Assembly (NCBI GenBank): GCA_052168235.1
Contig: JBQLZK010000001.1
Coordinates: forward strand, 192,001-256,000
Source: Thainema sp.
Lineage (GTDB): Bacteria; Cyanobacteriota; Cyanobacteriia; Phormidesmidales; Phormidesmidaceae
Reading direction: 5' to 3'
Length of the DNA stretch: 64,000 nucleotides
Positions 18,551 to 28,770 of this stretch are shown here, piece by piece. The translations under genes and the position numbers were made by a program. Within the stretch, counting starts at the first letter, position 1. Every line of letters starts with the position of its first letter. The notes under the pieces were generated by a model that was given only the letters and a program-made list of their open reading frames with translations, was not told where the DNA came from and ran no database searches.

Positions 18551-19916
18551 TCCGGACTTCGATTTAACGGATGCCGATCTCTCTAGTTCCAGTTTTCTGG
18601 ATAGAGGGTTAGTTGGGCGACGGCGAAAAGCAGCAGTTGCCCTATCGATTGTCTGGGGAAGCGTGATTGCGCTGCATTTGTTGTCCTGGGGAGTTTGGCT
18701 TGTCCTAGCATTAACGCTGGTGATGGCTGTCCATGCGATTCGGGTTGTCGTTGTGCGCCCGCCTCAACCACCTGAACCCCTCTCGGCAGAACGCTCTTCC
18801 CCAGATGACTGGCCTTATGTTTCGCTGTTGGTTGCAGCCAAAAACGAGGAGTCGGTGATCGGTGGTCTCGTGCGGCATCTGTGCAGTTTGGATTATCCAG
18901 CTCATCGCTATGACCTGTGGGTGATCGATGATAATAGCAGCGATCGCACTCCCAAAATTTTGGATCGGCTGGCCCAGCAGTATCCCCAGTTGAACGTGAT
19001 TCATCGGGATGCCACGGCTACGGGCGGCAAATCCGGGGCGCTAAATTTGGTCTGGCCCCAAACCCAGGCGGACATTATCGCCGTGTTTGATGCCGATGCC
19101 CAAGTGCCACCCGATCTGCTGCGTCGGGTTTTATCGTATTTTGACCAGCCCAATATAGGTGCGGTTCAAGTGCGAAAAGCGATCGCAAATGCAAGCACGA
19201 ACTTCTGGACAAAGGGACAAGTGGCCGAAATGGCGCTGGATACTTTCTTTCAGCAGCAGCGGATTGCGCTGGGCGGGATTGGCGAGCTGCGCGGCAACGG
19301 CCAGTTTGTGCGGCGGCAAGCGCTAGAAACCTGTGGCGGTTGGAATGAGCAAACGATTACAGATGACCTCGATTTAACCCTGCGGCTGCATCTCTATCAC
19401 TGGGATATTGACTGTTTATGCTATCCACCTGTGCATGAAGAAGGCGTAACGCGGGCCATGGGACTCTGGCATCAACGGAATCGCTGGGCAGAGGGTGGCT
19501 ATCAGCGCTATTTGGACTACTGGCGCTGGATCGCCCAAAACCGGATGGGTTTCAGCAAAACCTTCGATCTGGTGATGTTCCTAATTACCCAGTACGTCTT
19601 GCCAATGGCGGCCATTCCTGATTTAGCGATGGCGCTGTGGCGTGGTCGTGCGCCTGTCTTGGCTCCCGTGACGACGCTAACAACGTCGCTGCTTGTGTTC
19701 GCCATGTTTGCCGGACTGCGACGCACGAGTAAGCCCTCGGTGTTGATCGCCATGTTGCAGACCCTGCGCGGTACGCTATACATGCTGCACTGGATTCCGG
19801 TGATGACCAGCACTACCATGCGGATGGCCGTACGTCCGAAGCGGCTCAAGTGGGTAAAGACCGTCCACCAAGGCTCAGATGACGAATGGCTGGACGTTGA
19901 AGTTTCAAATTCCTAA
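18495..19916 (+). CDS. mgdA: Beta-monoglucosyldiacylglycerol synthase (GT2)
   Basis: MPENSWPE N-terminus, GRRRKAA..L, AAKNEE, DDNSSD, GGKSGALN, FDADA, GELRGNGQF, TDDLDL, QRNRWAEGG, C-terminal RPKRLKWVKTVH. Confidence 0.88.
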   Translation: MPENSWPENESHKVFAPLDPDFDLTDADLSSSSFLDRGLVGRRRKAAVALSIVWGSVIALHLLSWGVWLVLALTLVMAVHAIRVVVVRPPQPPEPLSAERSSPDDWPYVSLLVAAKNEESVIGGLVRHLCSLDYPAHRYDLWVIDDNSSDRTPKILDRLAQQYPQLNVIHRDATATGGKSGALNLVWPQTQADIIAVFDADAQVPPDLLRRVLSYFDQPNIGAVQVRKAIANASTNFWTKGQVAEMALDTFFQQQRIALGGIGELRGNGQFVRRQALETCGGWNEQTITDDLDLTLRLHLYHWDIDCLCYPPVHEEGVTRAMGLWHQRNRWAEGGYQRYLDYWRWIAQNRMGFSKTFDLVMFLITQYVLPMAAIPDLAMALWRGRAPVLAPVTTLTTSLLVFAMFAGLRRTSKPSVLIAMLQTLRGTLYMLHWIPVMTSTTMRMAVRPKRLKWVKTVHQGSDDEWLDVEVSNS

Positions 19917-19928
19917 ACTTGATTTTCG

Positions 19929-19970
19929 AAACCCGCAAGGGGCGGACTGAGTGAGCCCCTTGCGGGTTTT
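19929..19970. terminator. Bidirectional terminator between mgdA and dnaX
   Basis: AAACCCGCAAGGGGC...GCCCCTTGCGGGTTTT. Confidence 0.8.
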
Positions 19971-19981
19971 AAACCACTCCG

Positions 19982-22363
19982 CTAGAACGGGAGATCGTCA
20001 TCATCGTCGTCATCGTCAGTACTGAGGTCAGCAGATGGGGTGGGAAGGGAAGTAGCGGTTGACGTGAATGTGCGATCGCGATCGCGGATCTCCTCACTAG
20101 AAACAACCGCATGATCGATGGAATGACTCCGCAGATCAGCTGAACCAGTTGAATTGGTCGGTGCCACCGAAGTTGACTGAGCTAAATCGGCTGTGGCTGA
20201 CCAGAACATCGCATCGGCTTCATTCATTTCCACCACCTGACCGTTGAAAAACTGGGCAAAGCTGCGGCTAGCTCGCGCAACGGCATCTTCAGTGTAAACC
20301 GACGGCATCGGCCCCACCGATTCAAAAGCCGATCCAGGTGCAGAGACTGCCTCGTTCGATTGCGGTAGATCCGCATCTGAAGCCGTTCTAGCTGCGGGTG
20401 GCAATGAGGTAGAAGCAGGCTGTGTGATCGTTTCGCTGCTCGTTTCACCAACAGTCGCAGAACTCCAAGCACCATTCTGCGTATCGATTTCAGTTACCTG
20501 GTTGGAGTAGCCATTGGTAGAGGTCGCGATTGAGCTACCGTTCTGACTGCTGCCGCTGTCGGAAGTGGTGGCAGGCTGCCCTATGGGGGCGACCGCTGAA
20601 CTGGGGCTCGCGTCTAAATCCGCCGATGCCGGAGGAGACGAAGCTGAGACATCAGCCGCCACAGTGAGGCTAATCCGGATGGGATGATTGACGACGAGCG
20701 CAAAAGCCTTTTCGATGTCAGGGACTTTGCTTTGGGCAATTTTGAGCAGATTACGGGAGCTAATCGCTACAGTCGCTTGATTGCCTGTGTATTCGAGCAG
20801 CTCACCATGCTCTTTGAGCAGCGCCTTGCTCAACGGATGCAGCCGTCCGATCACCTGCTGCCAAATTTCGCGAATATTGACCTGCGGCACCGGGGGCGAC
20901 GATTCAGGGACGGCTGGCTGCGCTGGAGTAGGAACAGGTGCAGGCGGCGCTTTAGGTGGCTGGGTATGAGGGGAATCCACACCAGCAGAATCGTTCGGTG
21001 CCGTTTGAACAGGTTGAGCGGGTACCGTCTGTGCCGAAGGAGCAGCAGCAGACTGAACGGTTGCGGATGCGGCTGGAGCCGTGGGCTGAGCTGCGCCAGC
21101 ACCGTTTTGCTCAAGACTCGCAACGGGAGCCGGATGTACGGCTGAGACAGGCACTTGGGGAGAAGGCGATTTTGCGGGAGCCGTTGGGGCCGTCGGGGCT
21201 GTAGGCTGCAATTCCCTGCGCGATGGCAAGGCTGAACGTGTGTCTAGGCTGGCTGCCACAGTTTGAGCCGCCAGAGTAGACGGTAGGAGTCCAAGCAGTG
21301 TAACTTCTAGCCACAGTCGCGGCTGTGTGGTGTTTTTCACCTGAACTTCGGCCTCGCGGAGCCGCTGCTGACCGGCCAGGATTAATCCCAAATCGAGGGA
21401 TTGAGTAAAGTCCACCAGCTCAGCCCAAGTGGATGGCGTGATAGCTACTAGGTCATTGCGATCGCAAGCTGTTTTCGCCACTAATAAATCACGGTAGAAG
21501 CTAGCCAAATTTTGCAGTACCACCAGCGGCTCACGGCCTCGATCCATCAGGTGCCGCGCTTGTTCTAGCACCTGCACCCCGTCATCCGCCGCGATCGCCC
21601 GCACCAGGGCTAGCAGATTACGTTCGGGCACGGCACCAACCAAGTCCCAGACACGTTCAACTGTCACGCCTTCAGTCAACAAACTGAGCTGATCTAGCAA
21701 ACTTTGGGCATCGCGTAGACCACCTTGGGACACCTGAGCAACGAGACGCAGCGCATCCGGTTCGATCTGAATCCCTTCTTGATTGGCAATAGTTTGCAAG
21801 TGCGCCACCATTTCTTCCAGGGGTATGCGGCGAAAGTCAAACCGCTGACAGCGCGAAATAATCGTCGGCAACACCCGCTGCGGATCGGTAGTGGCCAGGA
21901 CAAATACAACCCGCTCCGGTGGTTCCTCCAGCGTCTTCAGCAGCGCATTAAACGCCGCTGTGCTGAGCATGTGGCACTCGTCAATCACATAAACTTTGTA
22001 GCGACACTGGACGGGGGCAAACTGCGCCCTTTCAATCAGTTCGCGAATGTTGTCTACCCCAGTATTGCTGGCCGCGTCGATTTCAATCACGTCCAGCGCA
22101 GAACCTTTGGTGATGCTGCGGCAGGTTTCGCACTGCCCGCAGGGGGTCGGTGTTGGGTTGTCAGTCTGAACACAGTTCAGCGATTTGGCTAGAATCCGAG
22201 CGCTCGACGTTTTGCCCGTACCGCGTGGGCCGCAAAATAGATAGGCTGGCGGAATCCGCTGCTGCTGGAGAGCACTGCATAGAGTAGTTGCGATCGCACT
22301 TTGCCCCACCAGTTGAGCAAAGGATTGGGGTCGATATTTGTGATGAAGGGGTTCGTAGACCAT
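19982..22363 (-). CDS. dnaX: DNA polymerase III subunit gamma/tau (no intein)
   Basis: YEPLHHKYRP, GPRGTGKT, Zn-binding Cys, EIDAAS, IDECHML, SRCQRF; long P/A/S-rich linker. Confidence 0.97.
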   Translation of the reverse strand: MVYEPLHHKYRPQSFAQLVGQSAIATTLCSALQQQRIPPAYLFCGPRGTGKTSSARILAKSLNCVQTDNPTPTPCGQCETCRSITKGSALDVIEIDAASNTGVDNIRELIERAQFAPVQCRYKVYVIDECHMLSTAAFNALLKTLEEPPERVVFVLATTDPQRVLPTIISRCQRFDFRRIPLEEMVAHLQTIANQEGIQIEPDALRLVAQVSQGGLRDAQSLLDQLSLLTEGVTVERVWDLVGAVPERNLLALVRAIAADDGVQVLEQARHLMDRGREPLVVLQNLASFYRDLLVAKTACDRNDLVAITPSTWAELVDFTQSLDLGLILAGQQRLREAEVQVKNTTQPRLWLEVTLLGLLPSTLAAQTVAASLDTRSALPSRRELQPTAPTAPTAPAKSPSPQVPVSAVHPAPVASLEQNGAGAAQPTAPAASATVQSAAAPSAQTVPAQPVQTAPNDSAGVDSPHTQPPKAPPAPVPTPAQPAVPESSPPVPQVNIREIWQQVIGRLHPLSKALLKEHGELLEYTGNQATVAISSRNLLKIAQSKVPDIEKAFALVVNHPIRISLTVAADVSASSPPASADLDASPSSAVAPIGQPATTSDSGSSQNGSSIATSTNGYSNQVTEIDTQNGAWSSATVGETSSETITQPASTSLPPAARTASDADLPQSNEAVSAPGSAFESVGPMPSVYTEDAVARASRSFAQFFNGQVVEMNEADAMFWSATADLAQSTSVAPTNSTGSADLRSHSIDHAVVSSEEIRDRDRTFTSTATSLPTPSADLSTDDDDDDDDLPF

Positions 22364-22484
22364 AGCCAACCTAAGTGCCCCTCCTATTGTAAAAACTGCT
22401 GGTCAAAACTGTGGGCTGCTGCACAGCCCTTTGATTAAATCGTCAGTCCGGCAAGTTTGCAAGGGGGGAAGTAAAAGTTTGCTT

Positions 22485-23828
22485 TTAAGCAACTGGAGCC
22501 GGATTGGCTGGAGTTGCTCGGCTAGCCAGCACCCAAAACCAGAGGGCACCGAGACCCAGCAGAATGACGAGCAGCTGAATCAGACCACCCAAGATTGGAA
22601 TCGCTGTTAACAATACAAAAATTATTAGGCCAACAGCGAGGGCGGCAATTCGTCGAGTGGCCCAGTTTTGCTGAGTTGCTTGTAACAGTCGCTGTCCGCC
22701 CCAATAGCTGAGAGCAATGGCTGGAATGTAGACTATAAACAGCAAAAAGCCAATTATCAGCGTCAGATTACCTAGGAAGCCTACACCCAAAATTAACGGT
22801 GCGAGATTCCACAAGAATGAACCCAGGATGACGGCTAGAACAATCGTCACGATGGGAATTGCGATCGCACATAGGCCCACAAGCAACAAGGTCAAAATCC
22901 CCCAGCCCAAACTTGGCAGCGGCTTGGCTTGCACGGTGCTAGACAGCCGCTGAATCCAACTGGGCACCAGCCAGAGCAGTAATGAGCCAATCAGCAACAG
23001 CGTAATCCAGCGCTGCACAATATCCCACACCACCGACGCGGCCCCCACGGGTTCTACTTCGGTGGCTTCAATCGGTTCTCGTTCAGTCTCTCCCGCAATT
23101 TGGGCGGCTGGATCAATCATGGCTTCGCTATTGGATTGGTAGATTAAATTGCCACCAATCTGCGCCGAGTTTGTCACCGTAAACGCAAGCGGCACCTCCG
23201 GCACAGGCACAGGAGAGGGGGGTACAAAGGGCGGTTCAATTACCACAATCGGACGTTCTCCTGAATCGGCTTCATCCTCTGCTCCGGCCACAGCGACATC
23301 AACGTTTTCACCCACCGCGCCGCGCAGTTCGAGAGCAGCCATTGCCCCCTGAAACTCTTCTTGTACCACGCCCGCAATCAGCGCCTGTGCACCCGCGAAC
23401 GATAGATCGCCAGCGATTTCACTGCCGGACTGCGTTTCTAAACTAGCGCCCGCTGCCACTACGTCATCACCAATGCGAGCCACGCTGCCAATTTGCAGCA
23501 CTTGTCCCGCCATCCGCACATCATCCGTCACCGTGCCGTTGATGACGATAGCCTGACCAGCAGCAATCAAGTCTCCTTCAACTAAGCCATTGATAATAAT
23601 TTCGCGACCTGCACCGATCACGTCGCCGCGCACCGTGCCGTCAATCCGCACTGTGGATCCAGCAACATAAAGATCGTCTTCAACGACTTCATCCTGAGCA
23701 ATGGCAATGTACTCTCCGGCTCGGCTCTCCATCGCCCAAACGGATTTGCCCACACCCACACCGAACAGCAGCAGCACGGTCGCCATAATCAGTAGCGTTC
23801 GTCTGAAAACACGCTGTAGTGGTTTCAT
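22485..23828 (-). CDS. Bactofilin/polymer-forming-cytoskeletal-repeat membrane protein
   Basis: Signal peptide, repeated V.GD[LV]..AG..I.I.G beta-helix turns, ~6 C-terminal TM helices. Confidence 0.75.
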   Translation of the reverse strand: MKPLQRVFRRTLLIMATVLLLFGVGVGKSVWAMESRAGEYIAIAQDEVVEDDLYVAGSTVRIDGTVRGDVIGAGREIIINGLVEGDLIAAGQAIVINGTVTDDVRMAGQVLQIGSVARIGDDVVAAGASLETQSGSEIAGDLSFAGAQALIAGVVQEEFQGAMAALELRGAVGENVDVAVAGAEDEADSGERPIVVIEPPFVPPSPVPVPEVPLAFTVTNSAQIGGNLIYQSNSEAMIDPAAQIAGETEREPIEATEVEPVGAASVVWDIVQRWITLLLIGSLLLWLVPSWIQRLSSTVQAKPLPSLGWGILTLLLVGLCAIAIPIVTIVLAVILGSFLWNLAPLILGVGFLGNLTLIIGFLLFIVYIPAIALSYWGGQRLLQATQQNWATRRIAALAVGLIIFVLLTAIPILGGLIQLLVILLGLGALWFWVLASRATPANPAPVA

Positions 23829-24021
23829 AGCTCATCTCCTTAGCGAGATTTCGGATTGAGTTCAGATTGAATTTTGTATTCTGCCTTTTCTGCTTTGCGC
23901 TCTCTGCTCCACTTTAATAAATAGCGCAATAAATCACACTGGATGCTTGTCTCAAAGTCATCTACATGTGTGAATATGTCAGAAGTTAATCCAAGCTAAT
24001 TTGCAAATCGGAGGTGTGGTG

Positions 24022-24462
24022 GTGAAGAAACAGTTGATTGGCAGCACAGGACTTGCGATCGCACTTGCGCTCAGTTCAACTCTACCTGTGCGATCGCAAA
24101 CCAGCGTCAGCACCGAATGCGGCACCCTCTTGCAAACCGTTAATGAAACGACGACCAACCTAGCATCGGTGTTTAGCAGCGGCGCACCGGATGTTGAGCT
24201 ATTTAGCACAGCCTCTGAAATGACAGCAGGTGCCGCCGAGAACTTTGCGGCCCTGGAACTCAGCGACGAGCAGCTCACGGCGTATCAAGGTGATTTTGCT
24301 GAACTGTACACAACACTGAGCGATGTAACGGGTCGCTTTGCCGGAGCACTGCAAGCCGAAGACGGCGAGGCTATTCAAACCATCTACGAAGAGTTCCGCA
24401 TAGCCGTGCGTCCAGAGTGGGAACTGATTCAGGATACTCAAACCTATTGCCAGGGACAGTAA
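24022..24462 (+). CDS. Secreted helical hypothetical protein (two Cys)
   Basis: GGAGG RBS before GTG 24022, signal peptide, Cys near both ends. Confidence 0.65.
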   Translation: MKKQLIGSTGLAIALALSSTLPVRSQTSVSTECGTLLQTVNETTTNLASVFSSGAPDVELFSTASEMTAGAAENFAALELSDEQLTAYQGDFAELYTTLSDVTGRFAGALQAEDGEAIQTIYEEFRIAVRPEWELIQDTQTYCQGQ

Positions 24463-24589
24463 TTTACACAAATAAAAAAGGCACAGCTTAGCGCCATGCC
24501 TCCACAGAATCAGAATTGGACTTGCTTTCTATATTAACGGATGCGATCGCATGTGTCTTACATACAGTCGCTCACGTTTGCTGATCAAG

Positions 24590-25249
24590 CTACTTAACCG
24601 CTGCGGCTGCCGCTACTTCGTCAGCAAAGTTGCTTTCTTCTTTTTCGATGCCTTCACCCAGAACAAAGCGAACAAAGCGACGAATCTGGATGTTCTCACC
24701 CAGTTGCGCAATACTTTGCTTAACCAGCTCATCAACAGTGATATTAGTATCCCGAATATATGCCTGATCGAGCAGAGACAGTTCCTTCCGCCGCTTCTCA
24801 ATCCGACCATCTACGATCTTGGCGCGAATATTCTCTGGCTTACTCGCCAAGTCTTCACGACCCATTTCGATTTCGCGCTCTTTCTCGATCATATCGGAGG
24901 GTACGTCATCAGTGCTAACGTACTCAACATTGGGGCAAGCCGCAATTTGCATTGCAATATTACGCACCAATTCCTGAAATTCTTCGCGACGAGCCACGAA
25001 ATCGGTTTCGCAGTTGACTTCAACCAATACGCCGACTCTTCCACCCGTGTGGATATACTGACCGACTAGTCCCTCAGCGGCAACCCGACCTGCTTTCTTG
25101 TCAGCGGATGCCATGCCTTTCTTACGCAACCACTCTGCGGCCTTTTCCATATCGCCGTCAGATTCTTTGAGGGCCTTTTTACAGTCCATCATGCCTGCGC
25201 CTGTTTTCTCGCGCAGTTCTTTTACGAGCTTTGCTGAAATTTCCGCCAT
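24590..25249 (-). CDS. tsf: Elongation factor Ts
   Basis: [38 protein letters not shown]. Confidence 0.99.
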   Translation of the reverse strand: MAEISAKLVKELREKTGAGMMDCKKALKESDGDMEKAAEWLRKKGMASADKKAGRVAAEGLVGQYIHTGGRVGVLVEVNCETDFVARREEFQELVRNIAMQIAACPNVEYVSTDDVPSDMIEKEREIEMGREDLASKPENIRAKIVDGRIEKRRKELSLLDQAYIRDTNITVDELVKQSIAQLGENIQIRRFVRFVLGEGIEKEESNFADEVAAAAAVK

Positions 25250-25290
25250 TGTGATTGGATTCCTGTAATGAATCTACAGATCGACTAAAT

Positions 25291-25390
25291 TAAGTGGCTG
25301 CATAAGTTAAATGCATATCTAAAAACCGGGGGAGCGCCCCTCCGGGGCGCTCCCCCGGTTTTTAGATGCGTTTATTTATGCCAACCTACT
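25291..25390. mobile_element. MITE-like element, TAAGT(A/G)GCT...CCAACCTACT family, with internal hairpin
   Basis: ATCTAAAAACCGGGGGAGCGCCCC...GGGGCGCTCCCCCGGTTTTTAGAT; related copy at 39146-39326. Confidence 0.65.
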
Positions 25391-25408
25391 GAAATGAACA
25401 AAAAGAAC

Positions 25409-25449
25409 GATTTCGGGTGGTGTAGGCGGTGCCTACACCACCCGAAATC
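25409..25449. repeat. Long inverted repeat in rpsB-tsf spacer
   Basis: GATTTCGGGTGGTGTAGGC-GGT-GCCTACACCACCCGAAATC. Confidence 0.8.
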
Positions 25450-25716
25450 ATTACCCACATACCACTACCAATGAATATAGAGAGGCCAAATAAGGCGCTG
25501 CTTTATCTTCACTCTATCGAAATCGGGAACCATCCGTGAATAATCTCGGATACCTTTTGATTCGGATTAGTAATTATTAGGTAGCGATTTCAACTGTGTG
25601 AGCTTGGCCAACACAATCGAAATCACTACTTTTCGAGGACTACCCGATACCGAATGGGTACCGATTCACGCATGAATCTGTTCGAGTAATTTGACGTTGA
25701 TGTCAGCTAGACGAAG

Positions 25717-26502
25717 CTATTCTTCGCTGTCGTCTTCATCAGCCGCATCCGCATCGTAGTCCTCTTCATCGTATTCGTCTTCAGCGCCTTCGTAATCGTA
25801 CTCATCGTCGGTATCAAGTTCGCCGTGACGACCTTCATAGATAGCATCGGCCAATCGCCCAACAATTAGCTTGATAGAACGAATTGCATCATCATTCGCC
25901 GGAATGGGAATGTCAACAACGTCCGGATCGCAGTTGGTATCCAATAGCGAAATGATTGGAATCCCCAACTTTTGACACTCTTGAACGGCGTTGTATTCCC
26001 GCTTCTGGTCAACGATGAGAACTGCATCGGGTAGGCGACGCATTTGCTTGATGCCACCCAGGTACTTGCGCAGCTTTTCCAGTTCGCGACGGAGCACGGC
26101 TGCTTCTTTCTTCGGCAGCAGGTCAAGCGCACCTGTCTCTTCACGGCGTTCGAGATCTTTCAGGCGCTCAACCCGAGTTTTGATTGTGGCCCAGTTGGTT
26201 AACATGCCACCCAACCAGCGCTGGTTGATGTAGTAGGCTCCACAGCGGCTCGCTTCTTGCGCCACAATTCCGGCAGCCTGACGCTTTGTACCCACAAACA
26301 GAAAACGTTGACCATTTTCGGATGCGCCACGGATGTAGCTATAAGCTTCTTCCATGAGCTGAGCGGTTTGAACCAGGTCAATGATGTGAACCCCATTGCG
26401 CGATGTGAAGATGTAGGGATCCATCTTAGGATTCCATCGGCGGGTTTGGTGACCAAAATGCACCCCAGACTCTAGCAGCTGGGGCAAGGAAACTACAGGC
26501 AT
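25717..26502 (-). CDS. rpsB: 30S ribosomal protein S2
   Basis: [42 protein letters not shown]. Confidence 0.99.
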   Translation of the reverse strand: MPVVSLPQLLESGVHFGHQTRRWNPKMDPYIFTSRNGVHIIDLVQTAQLMEEAYSYIRGASENGQRFLFVGTKRQAAGIVAQEASRCGAYYINQRWLGGMLTNWATIKTRVERLKDLERREETGALDLLPKKEAAVLRRELEKLRKYLGGIKQMRRLPDAVLIVDQKREYNAVQECQKLGIPIISLLDTNCDPDVVDIPIPANDDAIRSIKLIVGRLADAIYEGRHGELDTDDEYDYEGAEDEYDEEDYDADAADEDDSEE

Positions 26503-26511
26503 ATTTTTCTC

Positions 26512-26638
26512 CTTTCGGGTTTAGCCTCCATCCAGACGGATTTTGTAAGGGATTAACTACAAACGAAAGCACGATAGTTAACGTGCGATCGCAGTTAAAC
26601 AGCCCCTTCAAAACACCCGAATTTCTGGATGTGTGAAT
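26512..26638 (-). promoter_or_regulatory. rpsB leader (S2 autoregulatory / t44-type structured RNA)
   Basis: Minus strand has CACAC...CGGGTG...TGGAGGCTAAACCCG before the AGGAG RBS, the conserved blocks of the S2 leader; ATCCAGA/TCTGGAT stem. Confidence 0.75.
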
Positions 26639-26665
26639 TTAGACAACTTTTCCAAGATAGCACAA

Positions 26666-27400
26666 TTACGCCCGATATAACTGCTCCAGCTCGCTCTCCG
26701 TAACCGTCGCTGTGGGCTGATCGAGAACAACTTCTCCCTGACGGATACCTAGAATGCGATCGCTATATTGTTTGGCAAATTCAACCTGGTGCAGATTGCA
26801 GATGACGGTCAGTCCTTCGTTGTGGCAGAGGGACTTGAGCAAACCGAGGACGGTGTGGGCCGATTCCGGGTCGAGGCTGGCAATCGGCTCGTCGGCCAAG
26901 AGTAGTTCAACTCGCTGAGTGAGGGCACGTGCGATCGCAACTCGCTGCTGCTGGCCGCCAGATAGCTGATCGGCACGGCGAAAAGCCATATCTGCCATTC
27001 CAACGCGGGCCAGAGCGGTCATCCCCTCTAGCAGTAAGGCGCGAGGATATTGATTTAGCAAGCAGCGCCAAAAGGGCAGTTCCTGCAATCGACCCGCTAA
27101 GCAGTTTTCCAAGGCTGATCGTCGGCCTACCAAGTTGTAGTCCTGAGCGATGAAGCCAATCTGCGATCGCGCCCAGCGAAGTTCACTTTTAGAGCAGTGA
27201 GTTAAATTGTGCTGATTAAATAAAACGGTGCCCTGATCGGGCGACTGCAGCTGCAAAATACAGCGCAGCAGGGTGGTTTTTCCCGCACCACTTGGCCCGA
27301 GGATAGCCGTGAATGACTGCGGTTCTATCCTGAAATCAACATTTTTCAGGGCAAATTCGCGGTTCGAAAACGACTTCGATAGATGATTAACAACAAACAT
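26666..27400 (-). CDS. phnC: Phosphonate/phosphite ABC transporter ATP-binding protein (PhnC-like), no adjacent phnD/phnE
   Basis: GPSGAGKT, YNLV.R.SALEN.L.GRL, LSGGQQQRVAIARAL, ADEPIASLDP, NLHQV. Confidence 0.82.
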   Translation of the reverse strand: MFVVNHLSKSFSNREFALKNVDFRIEPQSFTAILGPSGAGKTTLLRCILQLQSPDQGTVLFNQHNLTHCSKSELRWARSQIGFIAQDYNLVGRRSALENCLAGRLQELPFWRCLLNQYPRALLLEGMTALARVGMADMAFRRADQLSGGQQQRVAIARALTQRVELLLADEPIASLDPESAHTVLGLLKSLCHNEGLTVICNLHQVEFAKQYSDRILGIRQGEVVLDQPTATVTESELEQLYRA

Positions 27401-27719
27401 GTTGCAGGCTAGAGATGATGTTGAAAGTCGCTAAAACAGGAAAAGATGTATAAATTCCTTAAGTACTAACTATCGCTCTGAATAGTTATCCTAACGTTAT
27501 TTCAGTTTTGGCAAGTTGCTATTCTTTCAGCCGTTAGTTAGCCAATTTGAGAGTTGAAAATAAGTTTGTTTGTACTACTTCAAACCGCTGGCAAAACACA
27601 TTACTTTAAGTGACTTCGTAACGACTGAAAACGCGTTTAAACTCAGTTCACACTGTGGATACAGTTTGCCTTCCTATAAGCTTTTGTTCCCGATTCTGTA
27701 AGGTTTAGAGCACAATAAA

Positions 27720-28733
27720 ATGGCGGATGCAGATCAACATAAACCTTATATTCAAGAAGGTGAAGCCATTTGGGCTCAAATCAAAAATATTGAGCATCAA
27801 ATTCAACAAGCCGAATCAGAATTGGCTCGGACGAGGGCAGAAATTGAGATAAAACAGCAGCACCTCCAGCAAAAGAATCACGAGTTGGAAGTGGGCCAGC
27901 AAAAGTTAGACAATCTTAAACAGCAGTTTAGAGATTTGCTGCAGTGCCAAACGCCGCAACCACTGGCTGACGGATCTAGCTCATCTCCTGGTACAGCAGA
28001 TGATAGGACAAATCACACATCTGAACCATCTGCACCGAGGTTGTCCAACGGTCACTCAAACTATTCTTCAACTGATAATCAGTCGCCTGATAATCATCTA
28101 ACCGATGATCATTCAACCGATCAGCAAGCTGATTCTGCCAACGATTCTGCTCAGACTAGAGAGCCAAATTCGCTGTCTAACTCCACGTCATTCCATGCAA
28201 ATGGTCACGGCATCTCTCCAGATGACTCCGATAATGCCGATGTCGTAGACCGGCCTACCCCAACTGAAGAAAGTAGAGCCGATTCTACCTACCACTTTAG
28301 AGGCGACGAGATTTCGGTTCCGTCAGAACAGCTCAATCCTGAGACACTACAGTCAGACCCAAAGACGTGGAAGCGAGCCTACCGGGAACCGCATGACGAA
28401 ACTGATTCGCTGTCCAATCAAAATTTAGAACTCGATCAGGCTGCCATTTGGGCCGTGCTGGAGCGGATGATTGGCAGCATTCTTGCGATCGCAGCTCTCC
28501 TGCTCGGCGTGTTAGGCATTGTGATGGTGCTAGGCGGTTCAACAGAAGCTCTATTACTGGTCGCCTCTGGAGTTTTGATTGGCATCGCCTCTGGCCTACT
28601 GCTCAGTCCCAGTTTGCCCCTGCCGTGGCGCTTCCTCTGGACTCAACTTCAAGCTATCCGCGATCGCACCCGCCCGAATCAGCCCCAAAAAACCAGATCT
28701 ACAAAACGCGATCGCCGCAACCAATCACGCTAA
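27720..28733 (+). CDS. Hypothetical protein: N-terminal coiled coil, disordered middle, two C-terminal TM helices
   Basis: Heptad Q/E/K-rich N-terminus, hydrophobic hairpin near the C-terminus. Confidence 0.65.
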   Translation: MADADQHKPYIQEGEAIWAQIKNIEHQIQQAESELARTRAEIEIKQQHLQQKNHELEVGQQKLDNLKQQFRDLLQCQTPQPLADGSSSSPGTADDRTNHTSEPSAPRLSNGHSNYSSTDNQSPDNHLTDDHSTDQQADSANDSAQTREPNSLSNSTSFHANGHGISPDDSDNADVVDRPTPTEESRADSTYHFRGDEISVPSEQLNPETLQSDPKTWKRAYREPHDETDSLSNQNLELDQAAIWAVLERMIGSILAIAALLLGVLGIVMVLGGSTEALLLVASGVLIGIASGLLLSPSLPLPWRFLWTQLQAIRDRTRPNQPQKTRSTKRDRRNQSR

Positions 28734-28770
28734 CGCTAAAACGTTCCAACGTTTGTTGTTTCATCCTCCC

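Noticed and set aside
21960..22000. DnaX intein, as found in some cyanobacteria
   Set aside because: The IDECHML region is continuous. The extra length is a low-complexity linker, not an intein.
24551..25069. Long antisense ORFs over tsf and similar ones over dctM, the phosphoketolase-like gene, tldD and lpxB
   Set aside because: Shadows of codon-biased genes on the opposite strand or in another frame.
27401..27500. Pho box upstream of phnC
   Set aside because: No convincing 11-bp-period PyTTAAPyPy repeats.
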